Source: Angustibacter luteus
GTDB lineage: Bacteria > Actinomycetota > Actinomycetes > Actinomycetales > Angustibacteraceae
DNA length: 64,000 nucleotides
Reading direction: 5' to 3'
Assembly: GCF_039541115.1 (NCBI RefSeq)
Contig: NZ_BAABFP010000008.1
Span: 62,001-126,000, forward strand
Position numbers and translations under genes: made by a program. Of this stretch, positions 46,898 through 56,799 are shown in pieces. A model generated the notes under the pieces. The model saw nothing but the letters and a program-made list of their open reading frames with translations, did no database searches and was not told where the DNA came from. The number at the start of each line of letters is the position of its first letter. Position 1 is the first letter of the stretch.

Positions 46898-47410
46898 CTA
46901 GGCCGCGACGCCGAGGAACTCCTCCCACAGCGGGTCCACGGCCTCGGCCCCACGCAGCGCCCACACCGGACCGGCCGGCGCGTGCGGGCGCACCTGCAGG
47001 CGCCAGCCGAGTTCGTCCGGCGTCCGGTTGCCCTTGATGCCGTTGCAGCGCAGGCAGCAGGCCACGAGGTTCTCCCAGGTGTCCGCGCCGCCCCGCGAGC
47101 GCGGCAGGACGTGGTCGACCGTCGCTGCGTGACCGCGGCAGTAGGCGCAGCGCTGCCCGTCGCGGCGCAGCACCCCGCGCCGGCTGACCGCCACCGCCCG
47201 GCGGCGCGGCGCCCGCACGTAGCGGACCAGCAGGATGACCGAGGGGGTACTCAGTGTCACCCCGTGGCGGTGCAGCGACCCGGGGCTGCGGATCGGTTCG
47301 CCGGTGTCGGCCAGCACGGTGGCCTTCCCCGCGAGGACGAGCACGACGGCCCGCTTGAACGAGACGACGGACAGCGGCTCGTAGCCGGCGTTGAGCACGA
47401 GCGTGCGCAT
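46898..47410 (-). CDS. HNH endonuclease
   Basis: LVLNAGYEPL, RRD..CAYC..TVDHVLPRSRGG..WENLVACC..CN..K. Confidence 0.92.
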   Translation of the reverse strand: MRTLVLNAGYEPLSVVSFKRAVVLVLAGKATVLADTGEPIRSPGSLHRHGVTLSTPSVILLVRYVRAPRRRAVAVSRRGVLRRDGQRCAYCRGHAATVDHVLPRSRGGADTWENLVACCLRCNGIKGNRTPDELGWRLQVRPHAPAGPVWALRGAEAVDPLWEEFLGVAA

Positions 47411-47554
47411 GGCGCGCCCCTCTCTCGCCGGCGGGGCCCAGCTGGCATGCGGGACACGTCGGCGTCCACGGGTCCGCCCGGATTGACGGCCCACGCGTCA
47501 GGGTAAGCGCCCGTACGTGGTGCGGTCACGCACATATGGGCATCGGAAACGCGA

Positions 47555-47582
47555 GAGCCCGGATCCACTCGGATCCGGGCTC
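47555..47582 (-). terminator. Intrinsic terminator-like hairpin after the NlpC/P60 gene
   Basis: Perfect 12-bp stem GAGCCCGGATCC with 4-nt loop, then TCGCGTTT on the minus strand. Confidence 0.7.
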
Positions 47583-47609
47583 GACGCTGGGGCGGGTCGT
47601 GGCTGCTGG

Positions 47610-48386
47610 TCAGCCGACCCGGCCGAACGTGGCGCTGCTGGAGTAGATGGCCCGCTTGGTGACCGACTCGCCGGTGCGCGGGGAGTCCCACATCATGCCG
47701 TTGCCGGCGTAGATGCCCACGTGACCCGGGAAGAACACCAGGTCTCCGGGGACGGCCTCGCTGCGCGAGATCCGGGTGGTGGCGCCGCGCTGGGAGTCCG
47801 ACGTCCGGGGCAGGTTGATGCCCACCTGGGCGAACACGTACTGGGTGTAGCCCGAGCAGTCGAAGCCGGCCGGGGTGGTGCCGCCGTACTGGTACGGGGT
47901 GCCGGCGTAGCGGGCGGCGATCGACAGGACCGCAGCACCGAACTCGGCCGAGCCGGGGTCGCCCGCCTTGATGTGCACGGGGGCGATCGCGGTGCGCTGG
48001 GTGTCGCGGCTGACCCGCTGGGTCGTGCGCTCGCGCACCTGCAGCACGGCGGCCTTGGCCTTCGCCTTGGGCTTCGGCTTGGCCTTCGCGGTGAACCCGA
48101 TGTCGCCGAAGGACGGGGCCTTCGCGACGCCGTCGACGAACGCCGTGGGGACGGCGGACGACAGCTGGGTCGCGGTGCCCGGCTCAGCGGTGCTGGACGA
48201 CGCGTCGGTAGTGGCCGGGGTCGCGGCGTGCGCCTGCAGGCCCAGGGAGGCCACGAGGCCACCGGAGACGGCCAGGACCGCGGAGGTCTTGGCGACAACG
48301 GCGGCCGGGCCAGAGGACTGGACGGCGGCGAGGACGGGCGAGACGGGCGTGGGCTGGCGGTGCCGCCCAGCAGAAGTCATGGTCAC
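47610..48386 (-). CDS. Secreted NlpC/P60 (C40) peptidoglycan peptidase
   Basis: GRHR then hydrophobic segment, PYQYGG..FDCSG, LPRTS, PGDLVF..GHVGIY. Confidence 0.93.
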   Translation of the reverse strand: MTMTSAGRHRQPTPVSPVLAAVQSSGPAAVVAKTSAVLAVSGGLVASLGLQAHAATPATTDASSSTAEPGTATQLSSAVPTAFVDGVAKAPSFGDIGFTAKAKPKPKAKAKAAVLQVRERTTQRVSRDTQRTAIAPVHIKAGDPGSAEFGAAVLSIAARYAGTPYQYGGTTPAGFDCSGYTQYVFAQVGINLPRTSDSQRGATTRISRSEAVPGDLVFFPGHVGIYAGNGMMWDSPRTGESVTKRAIYSSSATFGRVG

Positions 48387-48399
48387 AGGGTGGTGCCTC

Positions 48400-48607
48400 T
48401 CCGACGCCTTCGAGGTGAGCTGTCGGGTTCGGGTGGAGAGTTATCACCCGGCCGGTCCCTGCACCTGGACCCCCTGGCCCACGTGCCGGTACCGGCTTCA
48501 CCCCAAGGTCGGCTGCGAATGGCTTCCGCGCCGACCACAAGTGGTTCCCCCGCCTCTGCCAGACGGTGTCGAACGTTCCTCGCGCGCGGTGGCAGAGCTC
48601 GGCGTCC
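48400..48607 (-). ncRNA. c-di-AMP (ydaO/yuaA) riboswitch
   Basis: Minus strand: CGCCGAG..CTGCCA..TGGCAG..GGGGGAACCA..TTGGGGTGAA..CCCGAACCCGACAGCTCACCTCGAAGGCG, directly upstream of a cell-wall hydrolase. Confidence 0.9.
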
Positions 48608-48772
48608 GCGTTGAGGACCTCCGGACAGGGACCGGAGGCACGTGCCAACCTACACAGCCCGGGTGGGGTCTGTCACCCCGTCGGCGCGTCGCGTTCACCC
48701 AAAAGTTGCGGGCCAGGCAGATCTCTGACACATGGCGGCCCGGAACTCACGAAAACGGACTGCTCAGGACGC

Positions 48773-49465
48773 TCAGGACGCGGTGACGAACACGTGCTCG
48801 GCGATCTGGTGCTGGACCTCGACCTCGTCGCCGTCCGCGGCGTTGACCATCAGGTGGGTGCCGTCGACCCGCACGTGCACCGTGCGCCCCGGCCGCAGCC
48901 CCGCGGCGTGCAGCATCGACAGCACCGTCGGGTCGGCCTGGGCCGGCTCGCCGATCCGGTGCACCACGAACGTCTCGCTGGCCGGTCCGGCCACCTCGGT
49001 GAGCTGGCGCAGCCCCTCACCGAGGAACAGCTCGCCCTCGCCCAGCTCGCCCAGCTCGTCCAGCCCCGGGATCGGGTTGCCGTACGGAGATACCGTCGGG
49101 TGGTCCAGGATCTGCAGCAGCTTGAGCTCGACCCGCTCGCTCATCACGTGCTCCCAGCGGCAGGCCTCCTCGTGCACGTACTCCCACTCCAGACCGATGA
49201 CGTCGACCAGCAGCCGCTCGGCCAGCCGGTGCTTGCGCATCACCCGGGTGGCCTTGGCCCGCCCGTCGGCGCTGAGCTCCAGGTGCCGGTCGCCGCTGAC
49301 GTGCAGCAGCCCGGCCCGCTCCATCCGGGCCACGGTCTGGGACACGGTGGGACCGCTGTGGTTGAGGCGCTCGGCGATCCGCGCCCGCAGCGGGACGATG
49401 CCCTCTTCCTCCAGCTCGAAGATCGTCCGCAGGTACATCTCGGTGGTGTCGATGAGATCGCTCAC
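48773..49465 (-). CDS. ideR: DtxR/IdeR family metal-dependent regulator
   Basis: DTTEMYLRTI, RARIAERL..SGPTVSQTVARM, RKHRLAE, HEEACRWEHV, SPYGNPIPG. Confidence 0.93.
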   Translation of the reverse strand: MSDLIDTTEMYLRTIFELEEEGIVPLRARIAERLNHSGPTVSQTVARMERAGLLHVSGDRHLELSADGRAKATRVMRKHRLAERLLVDVIGLEWEYVHEEACRWEHVMSERVELKLLQILDHPTVSPYGNPIPGLDELGELGEGELFLGEGLRQLTEVAGPASETFVVHRIGEPAQADPTVLSMLHAAGLRPGRTVHVRVDGTHLMVNAADGDEVEVQHQIAEHVFVTAS

Positions 49466-49578
49466 GCCGTCCCCGTCTCCCTCGTGGTTCGCACGGCCTT
49501 GAGCGTACGCGGTCCCGCCGTCATTCCCGACCGCGTCAGCAGCGGGCACGGGCGGCCTCCTCGACCTAGCGTGGCCGG

Positions 49579-50931
49579 GTGCCCGACACCGTGCTGTGGC
49601 TGCGCCGCGACCTGCGCCTGCACGACCACCCCGCCCTGCACGCCGCCGCCCAGGCGGCCGACGGCGGCCGGGTCCTGCCCCTGTTCGTCCTGGACCCCAC
49701 CCTGCTGCGCGCCGCTGGGGCGCCCCGGCGGGCCTGGCTGCTGCGCTCCCTGCGCTCCCTGGACGCCGACACCGGCGGCGCGCTCGTCGTCCGGCACGGC
49801 GACCCGTCCCAGGTGGTCCCGCAGGTCGTCCGCGAGCTGGGCGCGTCGTCCGTGCACGTCAGCGCCGACGGCGGCCCGTACGGGCGGCGCCGGGACGACG
49901 ACGTCACCGGCGCGCTGGACGTCCCCCTCGTGCGCACCGGCACGCCGTACGCCGTCGGCCCCGGCTCGGTCACCAAGGCCGACGGCACGCCGTACCAGGT
50001 GTTCACCCCGTTCTCCCGCGCCTGGCACGAGCACGGCTGGCCCGCCCCGGCCGGCCCGCCGCCGACCGGGCTGCGCTGGGCCCGCACCGTGCCCAGCGAG
50101 GAGCTGCCCGACGACCCCGACCTGGCCGGGGTGCAGCTCCCCGCTGTCGGCGAGCACGCCGCGCACGAGCGGTGGGCGGCCTTCCGCGACGAGGGGCTCG
50201 CCGACTACGCGAGCGCCCGGGACCGCCCGGACCTGTCCGGGACCTCGAGGCTGTCCGCGCACCTGAAGTACGGCGAGATCCACCCGCGGACGCTGCTCGC
50301 CGACCTGAGCCGCCGGCGCGGGGGCGGCGCCGCGACCTTCCGGTCCGAGCTGGCCTGGCGCGAGTTCTACGCGGACGTCCTGTGGCACCACCCGAGGTCG
50401 GCCCGCGAGTACCTGCGTCCCGGCTATGCCGCCATGGCGTACGACCGCCCGGACCAGGAGGCGGTCGACGCCTGGCGCGAGGGCCGCACCGGGTTCCCGC
50501 TGGTGGACGCCGGGATGCGCCAGCTGCTCGCGACGGGGTGGATGCACAACCGGGTGCGGATGGTGACCGCGAGCTTCCTGGTCAAGGACCTGCACGTGGA
50601 GTGGCAGCACGGCGCCCGGCACTTCCTGCGCTGGCTGTGCGACGGGGACCTGGCCAGCAACAACCACGGCTGGCAGTGGGTGGCCGGCAGCGGGACGGAC
50701 GCCGCGCCGTACTTCCGGGTGTTCAACCCGGTCGCCCAGGGGCTGCGGTTCGACCCGGACGGCGAGTACGTCCGCCAGTGGGTGCCCGAGCTGGCGCACC
50801 TGCCGGGCGCCGCCGCGCACGAGCCCTGGAAGGCCGACGACGGCTACACCGGCGGCTACCCGCAGCGGATCGTCGACCACGGCGAGGAGCGGGCCGAGGC
50901 GCTGCGGCGCTACGCCGACGTGCGCGGCTAG
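49579..50931 (+). CDS. phrB: DNA photolyase/cryptochrome family protein
   Basis: WLRRDLRLHD, TSRLS, ELAWREF, TGFPLVDAGMR, WMHNRVRM, GWQW, FRVFNP. Confidence 0.93.
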   Translation: MPDTVLWLRRDLRLHDHPALHAAAQAADGGRVLPLFVLDPTLLRAAGAPRRAWLLRSLRSLDADTGGALVVRHGDPSQVVPQVVRELGASSVHVSADGGPYGRRRDDDVTGALDVPLVRTGTPYAVGPGSVTKADGTPYQVFTPFSRAWHEHGWPAPAGPPPTGLRWARTVPSEELPDDPDLAGVQLPAVGEHAAHERWAAFRDEGLADYASARDRPDLSGTSRLSAHLKYGEIHPRTLLADLSRRRGGGAATFRSELAWREFYADVLWHHPRSAREYLRPGYAAMAYDRPDQEAVDAWREGRTGFPLVDAGMRQLLATGWMHNRVRMVTASFLVKDLHVEWQHGARHFLRWLCDGDLASNNHGWQWVAGSGTDAAPYFRVFNPVAQGLRFDPDGEYVRQWVPELAHLPGAAAHEPWKADDGYTGGYPQRIVDHGEERAEALRRYADVRG

Positions 50932-50940
50932 GTTGACTGC

Positions 50941-51720
50941 GTGACCACGCCTGCGCTGCCCGACCTCGTCGTGCCGAGCCGGTTCAACGGACCGCCGCAC
51001 TCGGGCAACGGCGGCTGGACCTGCGGCGCGCTGGCCACGATGCTGCCGGCTGCCGACCTCGGGTCCACGTCGCCCGTCGTCCAGGTCCGGCTGAGCGCTC
51101 CCCCGCCGCTCGACGTCCCGATGCAGGTCGCTGGGCGCGAGGGATCGGTGACGGCGTCCGACTCCCGTGGGCCGGTGGCGACGGCGGTCGCCGTCCCGAG
51201 CCCGTTCACGGCGGCGGCGCCGGAGCCGGTGTCGTGGGAGGTCGCGTCGGCCGCCGAGGCGCGCTACCGAGGGCTCGCGGACCACCCGTTCCCGACGTGC
51301 TTCAGCTGCGGCACCGCTCGCGACGACGGGCTGGGTCTGCGGCCCGGCCCGCTGCTCGACCGGCCGGACGTGACCGCGTGCACCTGGACGCCGGACGGCT
51401 CGGACGGCTCGGACATCGGCGGTCCGGTGACCTGGGCCGCGCTGGACTGCCCGGGCGGGTGGTCGGTCGACCTGGCGGGGCGCCCGATGGTGCTGGGCAC
51501 GATGACGACCCGCCTGGACGCCGCACCGCGGGCCGGGCAGCGGCACGTCGTGATGGGCCGGGTGCTGCGGCAGGAGGGGCGCAAGGCCTGGACCGAGACC
51601 GCGCTGTACGCCCTCGGGCGATCGGACGCCGCGCCCCGGCTGCTGGCCCGCGCGGCCGCGGTCTGGATCGCGGTGGATGTGAGCGCCGTCTCAGCCGCAC
51701 CGCGGAATGACGCTCAATAG
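50941..51720 (+). CDS. Hypothetical hotdog-fold-like protein
   Basis: RFNGPPHSGNGG, HPFPTCFSCG, WAALDCPG, GRK. Confidence 0.7.
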   Translation: MTTPALPDLVVPSRFNGPPHSGNGGWTCGALATMLPAADLGSTSPVVQVRLSAPPPLDVPMQVAGREGSVTASDSRGPVATAVAVPSPFTAAAPEPVSWEVASAAEARYRGLADHPFPTCFSCGTARDDGLGLRPGPLLDRPDVTACTWTPDGSDGSDIGGPVTWAALDCPGGWSVDLAGRPMVLGTMTTRLDAAPRAGQRHVVMGRVLRQEGRKAWTETALYALGRSDAAPRLLARAAAVWIAVDVSAVSAAPRNDAQ

Positions 51721-51737
51721 TTGACCGTTCAACCAGC

Positions 51738-52343
51738 ATGACAACCGCAACCGACACCCTGGTCCTGTCCGCCGACGCGCAGGACCTGTTGTTCCGCAAG
51801 GCCCGTACCGCGAACACGTTCACCGACGAACCCGTCACCGACGAGCAGGTCGCGGCGATCTACGACCTGGTCCGGTGGGCGCCGACCGCGATGAACAGCC
51901 AGCCGCTGCGAGTCACCCTGGTGCGCAGCGACGAGGCCCGCGCCCGCCTGCTCGACCACATGGCCGAGGGCAACCGTGCCAAGACCGGCGCCGCCCCGCT
52001 GGTGGCCGTGCTGACCGCGGACACCGACTTCCACGAGCACCTGCACCGCACGTTCCCACACTTCCCGGGCGCCAAGGCCGCCTTCGCCGACGACGAGGCC
52101 CGCGAGCGCACCGCCCGGCTGAACGCGACGCTGCAGGTCGGCTACTTCATCCTCGGTGTGCGGGCGGCCGGCCTCGCCGCCGGCCCGATGACCGGCTTCG
52201 ACGCCGCCGGGCTGGAGCAGGAGCTGTTCGCCGGCACCGGCCAGCGCGTGCTCGCCGTCGTCAACATCGGCCGCCCCGGCCCGGACGCGTCCTTCGCGCG
52301 CAGTCCCCGGCTCGACCTCGAGGACGTCGTCACCACCATCTGA
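51738..52343 (+). CDS. rutE: Nitroreductase family malonic semialdehyde reductase
   Basis: LFRKARTANTF, PTAMNSQPLR, GNRAKT, GPMTGFD; palindrome GTTGA-N4-TCAAC at 51720-51733. Confidence 0.88.
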   Translation: MTTATDTLVLSADAQDLLFRKARTANTFTDEPVTDEQVAAIYDLVRWAPTAMNSQPLRVTLVRSDEARARLLDHMAEGNRAKTGAAPLVAVLTADTDFHEHLHRTFPHFPGAKAAFADDEARERTARLNATLQVGYFILGVRAAGLAAGPMTGFDAAGLEQELFAGTGQRVLAVVNIGRPGPDASFARSPRLDLEDVVTTI

Positions 52344-52451
52344 GCACGCCCCGACCCGTTGCCCGACCCCGCACCATTCGCGCTTGACGTGCCTGTGAAC
52401 GCCTCATAGGGCCACCTTGCGCGAATGGTGCGATGGTTTTGCCGCCGGGAC

Positions 52452-52477
52452 CAATCCAGGTGGCGGGCGGCACCGAA
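52452..52477 (+). promoter_or_regulatory. Putative SigK-dependent autoregulatory promoter
   Basis: CAATCC-N15-CCGAA, close to the mycobacterial SigK consensus as I recall it (CCATCC-N15-CCGAA). Confidence 0.65.
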
Positions 52478-52517
52478 GAACGGGAGACATGTGGTTCGGC
52501 TCACGAAGGGGACCCGG

Positions 52518-53126
52518 ATGAGCTCCGGACAGCGACGCCTCAGCGCGGTGCAGGACGATGCCTCGTCTGCCGACGACGGGCCGGCCTCCCTCGAACAGGT
52601 CGTCTCCCAGGTCGCCCGCGGCGACGAGGAGGCGTTCGAGGACCTCTTCCGCCGGGTCAGCGGCCCCGTGCTCGGCCTGGTCCGGCGCGTGCTGCGCGAC
52701 CCGGCCCAGTCCGAGGAGGTCGCCCAGGAGGTGCTCGTCGAGGTCTGGCGGACCGCCACCCGGTTCGACCCCGACCGCGGCAGCGCGACGTCCTGGATCA
52801 TGACCATGGCGCACGCCCGCGCGGTGGACCGGGTGCGCTCGGCGCAGTCCGCCCGGGCCCGCGAGGAGAAGGTCGGACGGCGCGAGACCGTTCGCGAGTA
52901 CGACGAGGTGGCCGAGGAGGTCGAGGTGCGGATGGAGCAGCAAGCCGTGCGCCGGTGCCTGAGTGGCCTCACCGACCTGCAACGGGAGTCCGTGCAGCTC
53001 GCCTACTACGGCGGCTACACCTACCGCGAGGTCGCCGAGCTGGTCGACGCCCCGCTCGGCACCGTGAAGACCCGCCTGCGCGACGGACTGATCCGGCTGC
53101 GCGACTGCCTGGGGGTGACGGCATGA
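52518..53126 (+). CDS. sigK: ECF sigma factor SigK
   Basis: VLRDPAQSEEVAQEV, AVDRVRS, LAYYGGYTY, GTVKTRLRDGLIRLRDCLGV. Confidence 0.92.
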   Translation: MSSGQRRLSAVQDDASSADDGPASLEQVVSQVARGDEEAFEDLFRRVSGPVLGLVRRVLRDPAQSEEVAQEVLVEVWRTATRFDPDRGSATSWIMTMAHARAVDRVRSAQSARAREEKVGRRETVREYDEVAEEVEVRMEQQAVRRCLSGLTDLQRESVQLAYYGGYTYREVAELVDAPLGTVKTRLRDGLIRLRDCLGVTA

Positions 53127-53839
53127 GCCCCGACCTGCACACCCTGACCGGTGCCTACGCCACGGACTCGCTGGACGACATCGAGCGCCGCCAGTTCGAG
53201 GCGCACCTGAACGAGTGCGACGCCTGCGCCGACGAGGTGCGCAGCCTGCGGGCGGTGGGCGCCGTGCTGGGCAGCGCCGAGGCGGTCGCCGTGCCGGCGG
53301 CGCTGCACGACTCGGTGATGGCGCAGGTGCGCACCACCCGACAGCTCCCGCCGCTGGCCGACCCCGCGCAGGACCCCAGCCGCGTGCAGTCGATGCTGCA
53401 CCGGGCGCGGACGACGTCCCGGGCCCTGGTCGCCGTCGCGGCCGCCCTCGTGGTGATCGCCGGCGCGCTCGGCGCGGTCGCGGTGCGCGAGCACCAGCAG
53501 GCCGGCCAGGCCCGCCAGCTCGCCACCCAGATGTCCCAGGTCATCGGCGCCCCGGACGCCCACCAGGTGGACGCGGACGGCGCCCGGGTGATCGTGTCCC
53601 CGTCCAAGCAGGAAGCGGTGTTCGTCGGGCAGAACCTGCCCGCGGTGGACGCCGACCACGTGCTGCAGCTGTGGGTGCTGAAGGACGGCGCCCGCTCGGT
53701 CGGCCTGATCGAGGGCTCGAAGCCGCTGCTGGCCACCGGGGTGGGTCCGGACGCCCAGCTCGGGGTGACCGTGGAGCCGGCCGGCGGTTCGAAGCAGCCG
53801 ACCACGGACCCGGTGCTGACGGTGGACCTCACCGCCTGA
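53123..53839 (+). CDS. rskA: Anti-sigma factor RskA with ZAS motif
   Basis: GAYA, FEAHLNECDAC (HxxxCxxC), one TM, QLW, VTVEPAGGSKQPT. Confidence 0.9.
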   Translation: MSPDLHTLTGAYATDSLDDIERRQFEAHLNECDACADEVRSLRAVGAVLGSAEAVAVPAALHDSVMAQVRTTRQLPPLADPAQDPSRVQSMLHRARTTSRALVAVAAALVVIAGALGAVAVREHQQAGQARQLATQMSQVIGAPDAHQVDADGARVIVSPSKQEAVFVGQNLPAVDADHVLQLWVLKDGARSVGLIEGSKPLLATGVGPDAQLGVTVEPAGGSKQPTTDPVLTVDLTA

Positions 53840-53879
53840 CGTGACCGGCCTGACGTGACCGGACTGACGCCGGACTGCC

Positions 53880-54115
53880 GCCGGGCAGGCAGCGGCCCGC
53901 AGGCTGACCCTCCTGATGAGGGCCTGCCGCGCTGGACGAGGCGCGGCTCCTGCGGGCCAACGGTGACTGCCTGGATCTCGCCAGCCGCTCGACGCCCGAA
54001 GGCGCCGGTGTCGGTGGTGGGATCGAAGAGCCCGTCCAAGTCGACGAGCGGCTAGCGGGTAGCCACCTCACGCGTCCGTTGAGAATTCACTAGCGGACCA
54101 CCTCCTTTCCCGTGT
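53880..54115 (-). ncRNA. Unassigned structured RNA carrying a 12-aa micro-ORF (54052-54090)
   Basis: -10 TACGGT, GAAAGGAGGTGGTCC SD, MNSQRTREVATR*, nested stems, cUUCGg loop; family not recognised. Confidence 0.6.
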
Positions 54116-54192
54116 GCGAGAACCGTACGTCGCGGCCCCCGGCCCCGCAACGAGATTCCGCTTCAGCCCGGTCAGCCCGGGTCCAGGCAGGT

Positions 54193-54864
54193 TCAGCGCA
54201 GGGCTGCGGTGTCCCGGGCCAGGGCCTCGATCTCGTGCCAGGCCCCCTCGGTGATCGCGGACCTCGGTGTCAGCCAGGACCCCCCGACGCACGCGACCGA
54301 CGGCAGGGCCAGGTAGCTCGGCGCCGTCGCGGGCGTGATCCCGCCGGTCGGGCAGAACCGCAGGTGCGGCAGCGGTCCGGCCACGGCGGCGAGGTAGTCG
54401 CGGCCGCCGGACGCCTCGGCGGGGAAGAACTTCATCGCCCCGAGGCCGTGCTCGGCCAGCCGCATCATCTCGGTGATGGTGCTCGCGCCGGCCAGCAGCG
54501 GCAGCCCGCTGCCGAGCGCCGCGCGCAGCACGCCGTCCGGTGCGCCGGGGGTCACGATGAAGCCGGCCCCAGCCGCGGTCACGGCCTCCACCTGGGACGG
54601 CGTGATCACCGTCCCCGCGCCGACGAGCATCTCGGGGACCTGGTCCGCGACCATCTCGATCGCGGCCAGCGCGGCCGGCGTGCGCAGCGTGATCTCGATG
54701 ATGCCCACCCCGCCGCGCAGCAGCGCCTGGGCCAGCGGGACGGCGTCCGCGCTGTCCTCGATCACCACGACCGGGATGACCGGCGAGACGCCGAGCACCC
54801 CGTCGACCCGCTCGACGACCCGCTCGCTCACCCGCTCGTCCACCCGCTCGTCCACTGTGCTCAC
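54193..54864 (-). CDS. eda: KDPG/KHG aldolase
   Basis: IEITLRT, VGAGTV, FIVTPG, KFFPA, FCPTGGI, VGGSW. Confidence 0.95.
   Translation of the reverse strand: MSTVDERVDERVSERVVERVDGVLGVSPVIPVVVIEDSADAVPLAQALLRGGVGIIEITLRTPAALAAIEMVADQVPEMLVGAGTVITPSQVEAVTAAGAGFIVTPGAPDGVLRAALGSGLPLLAGASTITEMMRLAEHGLGAMKFFPAEASGGRDYLAAVAGPLPHLRFCPTGGITPATAPSYLALPSVACVGGSWLTPRSAITEGAWHEIEALARDTAALR
54806..54853. repeat. 12-bp tandem repeat (acccgctcgnnn x4) encoding xERV at the eda N-terminus
   Basis: Read directly. Confidence 0.8.
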
Positions 54865-56714
54865 CGTGCACTCTCCTGCAGGTCGGACCCTTGCGGCGCA
54901 AGGGTTCCGAAGACGTGCGCTCCCTGGTCGGCCCGTCCGACCGCTCGGCGCAGCACGCCGAACAGCTCGCGTCCGACGCCGCGCTCCTCCTGGTGGGAGG
55001 GCGCCGCAGGCTCGCGCGAGGCGAACTCGGCCGGGTCGACCAGCACGTCGAGAGTACCTGTCTCGCAGTCGATCCGGACGACGTCGCCGTCGCGGAGCCG
55101 GGCGATCGGGCCGCCGTGCACGGACTCGGGCGTGACGTGGATCGCCGCCGGCAACGCACCGGAGGCGCCCGACATCCGACCGTCGGTGACCAGCGCCACC
55201 GCGTGGCCGCGGCGCTGGAGCACCGTCAGCGATGGTGTGAGCTGGTGCAGCTCGGGCATGCCGTTCGCCGACGGGCCCTGGTCGCGGACGACGACCACGA
55301 CGTCGCGGTCGAGCTCGCGCCGGGAGAACGCCTCCAGCACGGCCGTCTGGTCGGTGAAGACCCGCGCGGGGGCCTCGACCACCCGGTGCTCGGGCTTGAC
55401 CGCGGAGGTCTTGATCACGGCGTGGCCGAGGGTCCCGCGCAGCACCCGCAGACCACCGTCGGTGGAGAACGGCGCGGACGCCGGACGCAGCACGTCCAGG
55501 TCGCCGCTGACCGCCGGGCCGTCGACCCAGGTCAGGGTGCCGTCGTCCGCCAGTGCCGGGCCCTGCCGGTAGCGCTGCAGGTCGTGCCCGGCGACGGTGA
55601 GCACGTCGCCGTGCAGCAGGCCCGCATCCAGCAGGGTGCCCACCAGGAACGGCGTGCCGCCGGCGCGGTGGAAGTCGTTCACGTCCGCCGTGCCGCTCGG
55701 GTAGAGCCGGGTGCAGAGCGGGACGACCGCGGACAGGTCGTCCAGGTCCTCCCAGGTGAGCTGCACGCCAGCAGCGGCCGCCATCGACACCAGGTGCATG
55801 GTGTGGTTGGTGGAGCCGCCGGTCGCCAGCAGCGCGACCGCCCCGTTGACGACGCAGCGCTCGTCGACGACGTCCCCGATGCCGTACGGCGCCTCGCTGG
55901 TCGCGATCTGCGCGACCCGGCGGGTGGCCGCCTCGGTGAGCGCAGCCCGCAGCGGGTCATCCGGGTGCACGAACGCGGCGCCGGGCAGGTGCAGGCCCAT
56001 GACGTCCATCAGGAGCTGGTTGGAGTTCGCCGTCCCGTAGAACGTGCAGGTGCCCTTCGAGTGGTAGCTGGCGACCTCGGCGGCCAGCAGCTCCGGGCGC
56101 CCGACCTTGCCCTCCGCGGCCTGCCGACGGACCGACGCCTTCTCGGCGTTCGGCAGCCCGCTGGCCATCGGGCCGGCCGGCACGAACGCCGTCGGCAGGT
56201 GACCGAACGCGAGCGCCCCGGCGACCAGGCCGGGCACGATCTTGTCGCAGACGCCGAGCATCAGCGCAGCGTCGAACACGTCGTGCGACAGCGCGATCGC
56301 CGTCGACATGGCGATGACGTCGCGGCTGAACAGGCTGAGCTCCATGCCCTCGCGACCCTGGGTGATGCCGTCGCACATCGCCGGCACCCCACCCGCGACT
56401 CGTGCCACGGCCCCCGCCCCCTGCGCGGCGGCCTTGATCAGCTGCGGGTAGGTCTCGTACGGCGCGTGCGCCGAGAGCATGTCGTTGTAGGAGGTGACGA
56501 TCGCGATGCTCGCGCCCTCGCCGCCGGTGAGGGCGGCCCGGTCGCTGCTGCCGCAGGCCGCGACGGCGTGCGCGAGGTTGCTGCAGCCGAGGTTCGAGCG
56601 CCGCGACGGGTTGGCCCGGGCTCGCTCGACCTGGTCGAGGTACTGCGCGCGGGTGTCCTGGCTGCGCGCGGCGATGCGTTCCGTGACGTCGTGGACGACG
56701 CGGTGCACGTTCAT
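54861..56714 (-). CDS. edd: 6-phosphogluconate dehydratase
   Basis: [54 protein letters not shown]. Confidence 0.96.
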   Translation of the reverse strand: MNVHRVVHDVTERIAARSQDTRAQYLDQVERARANPSRRSNLGCSNLAHAVAACGSSDRAALTGGEGASIAIVTSYNDMLSAHAPYETYPQLIKAAAQGAGAVARVAGGVPAMCDGITQGREGMELSLFSRDVIAMSTAIALSHDVFDAALMLGVCDKIVPGLVAGALAFGHLPTAFVPAGPMASGLPNAEKASVRRQAAEGKVGRPELLAAEVASYHSKGTCTFYGTANSNQLLMDVMGLHLPGAAFVHPDDPLRAALTEAATRRVAQIATSEAPYGIGDVVDERCVVNGAVALLATGGSTNHTMHLVSMAAAAGVQLTWEDLDDLSAVVPLCTRLYPSGTADVNDFHRAGGTPFLVGTLLDAGLLHGDVLTVAGHDLQRYRQGPALADDGTLTWVDGPAVSGDLDVLRPASAPFSTDGGLRVLRGTLGHAVIKTSAVKPEHRVVEAPARVFTDQTAVLEAFSRRELDRDVVVVVRDQGPSANGMPELHQLTPSLTVLQRRGHAVALVTDGRMSGASGALPAAIHVTPESVHGGPIARLRDGDVVRIDCETGTLDVLVDPAEFASREPAAPSHQEERGVGRELFGVLRRAVGRADQGAHVFGTLAPQGSDLQESAR

Positions 56715-56780
56715 AGGCTTCCTGTCGCCGGCGGCCCGAGATCCGGGCCGACGGACGGCGACTCTGGCGCCCGCGATGGA

Positions 56781-56799
56781 TGTGACCGCTACCACGGTA
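56781..56799 (-). promoter_or_regulatory. Putative -10 (TACCGT) with adjacent LacI-type operator for edd-eda
   Basis: TGGTAGCGGTCACA fits TGnnAnCGnTnnCA. Confidence 0.55.

Noticed and set aside
41897..47000. Integrative element at tRNA-Arg or tRNA-Ala
   Set aside because: No integrase, and I saw no duplicated tRNA 3' end in the window.
46898..47410. HNH as homing or mobile endonuclease
   Set aside because: Looks like the common stand-alone actinobacterial LNAxYEPL-type HNH; no intron, intein or terminal repeats.
53836..53875. cctgacgtgaccgg repeats after rskA as CRISPR or att site
   Set aside because: Only about two short adjacent copies, with no spacers and no cas or integrase gene.
53913..53960. 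Hammerhead ribozyme suggested by CTGATGAG
   Set aside because: No GAAA core follows stem II, and the UUCG loop, SD and -10 favour the opposite strand.
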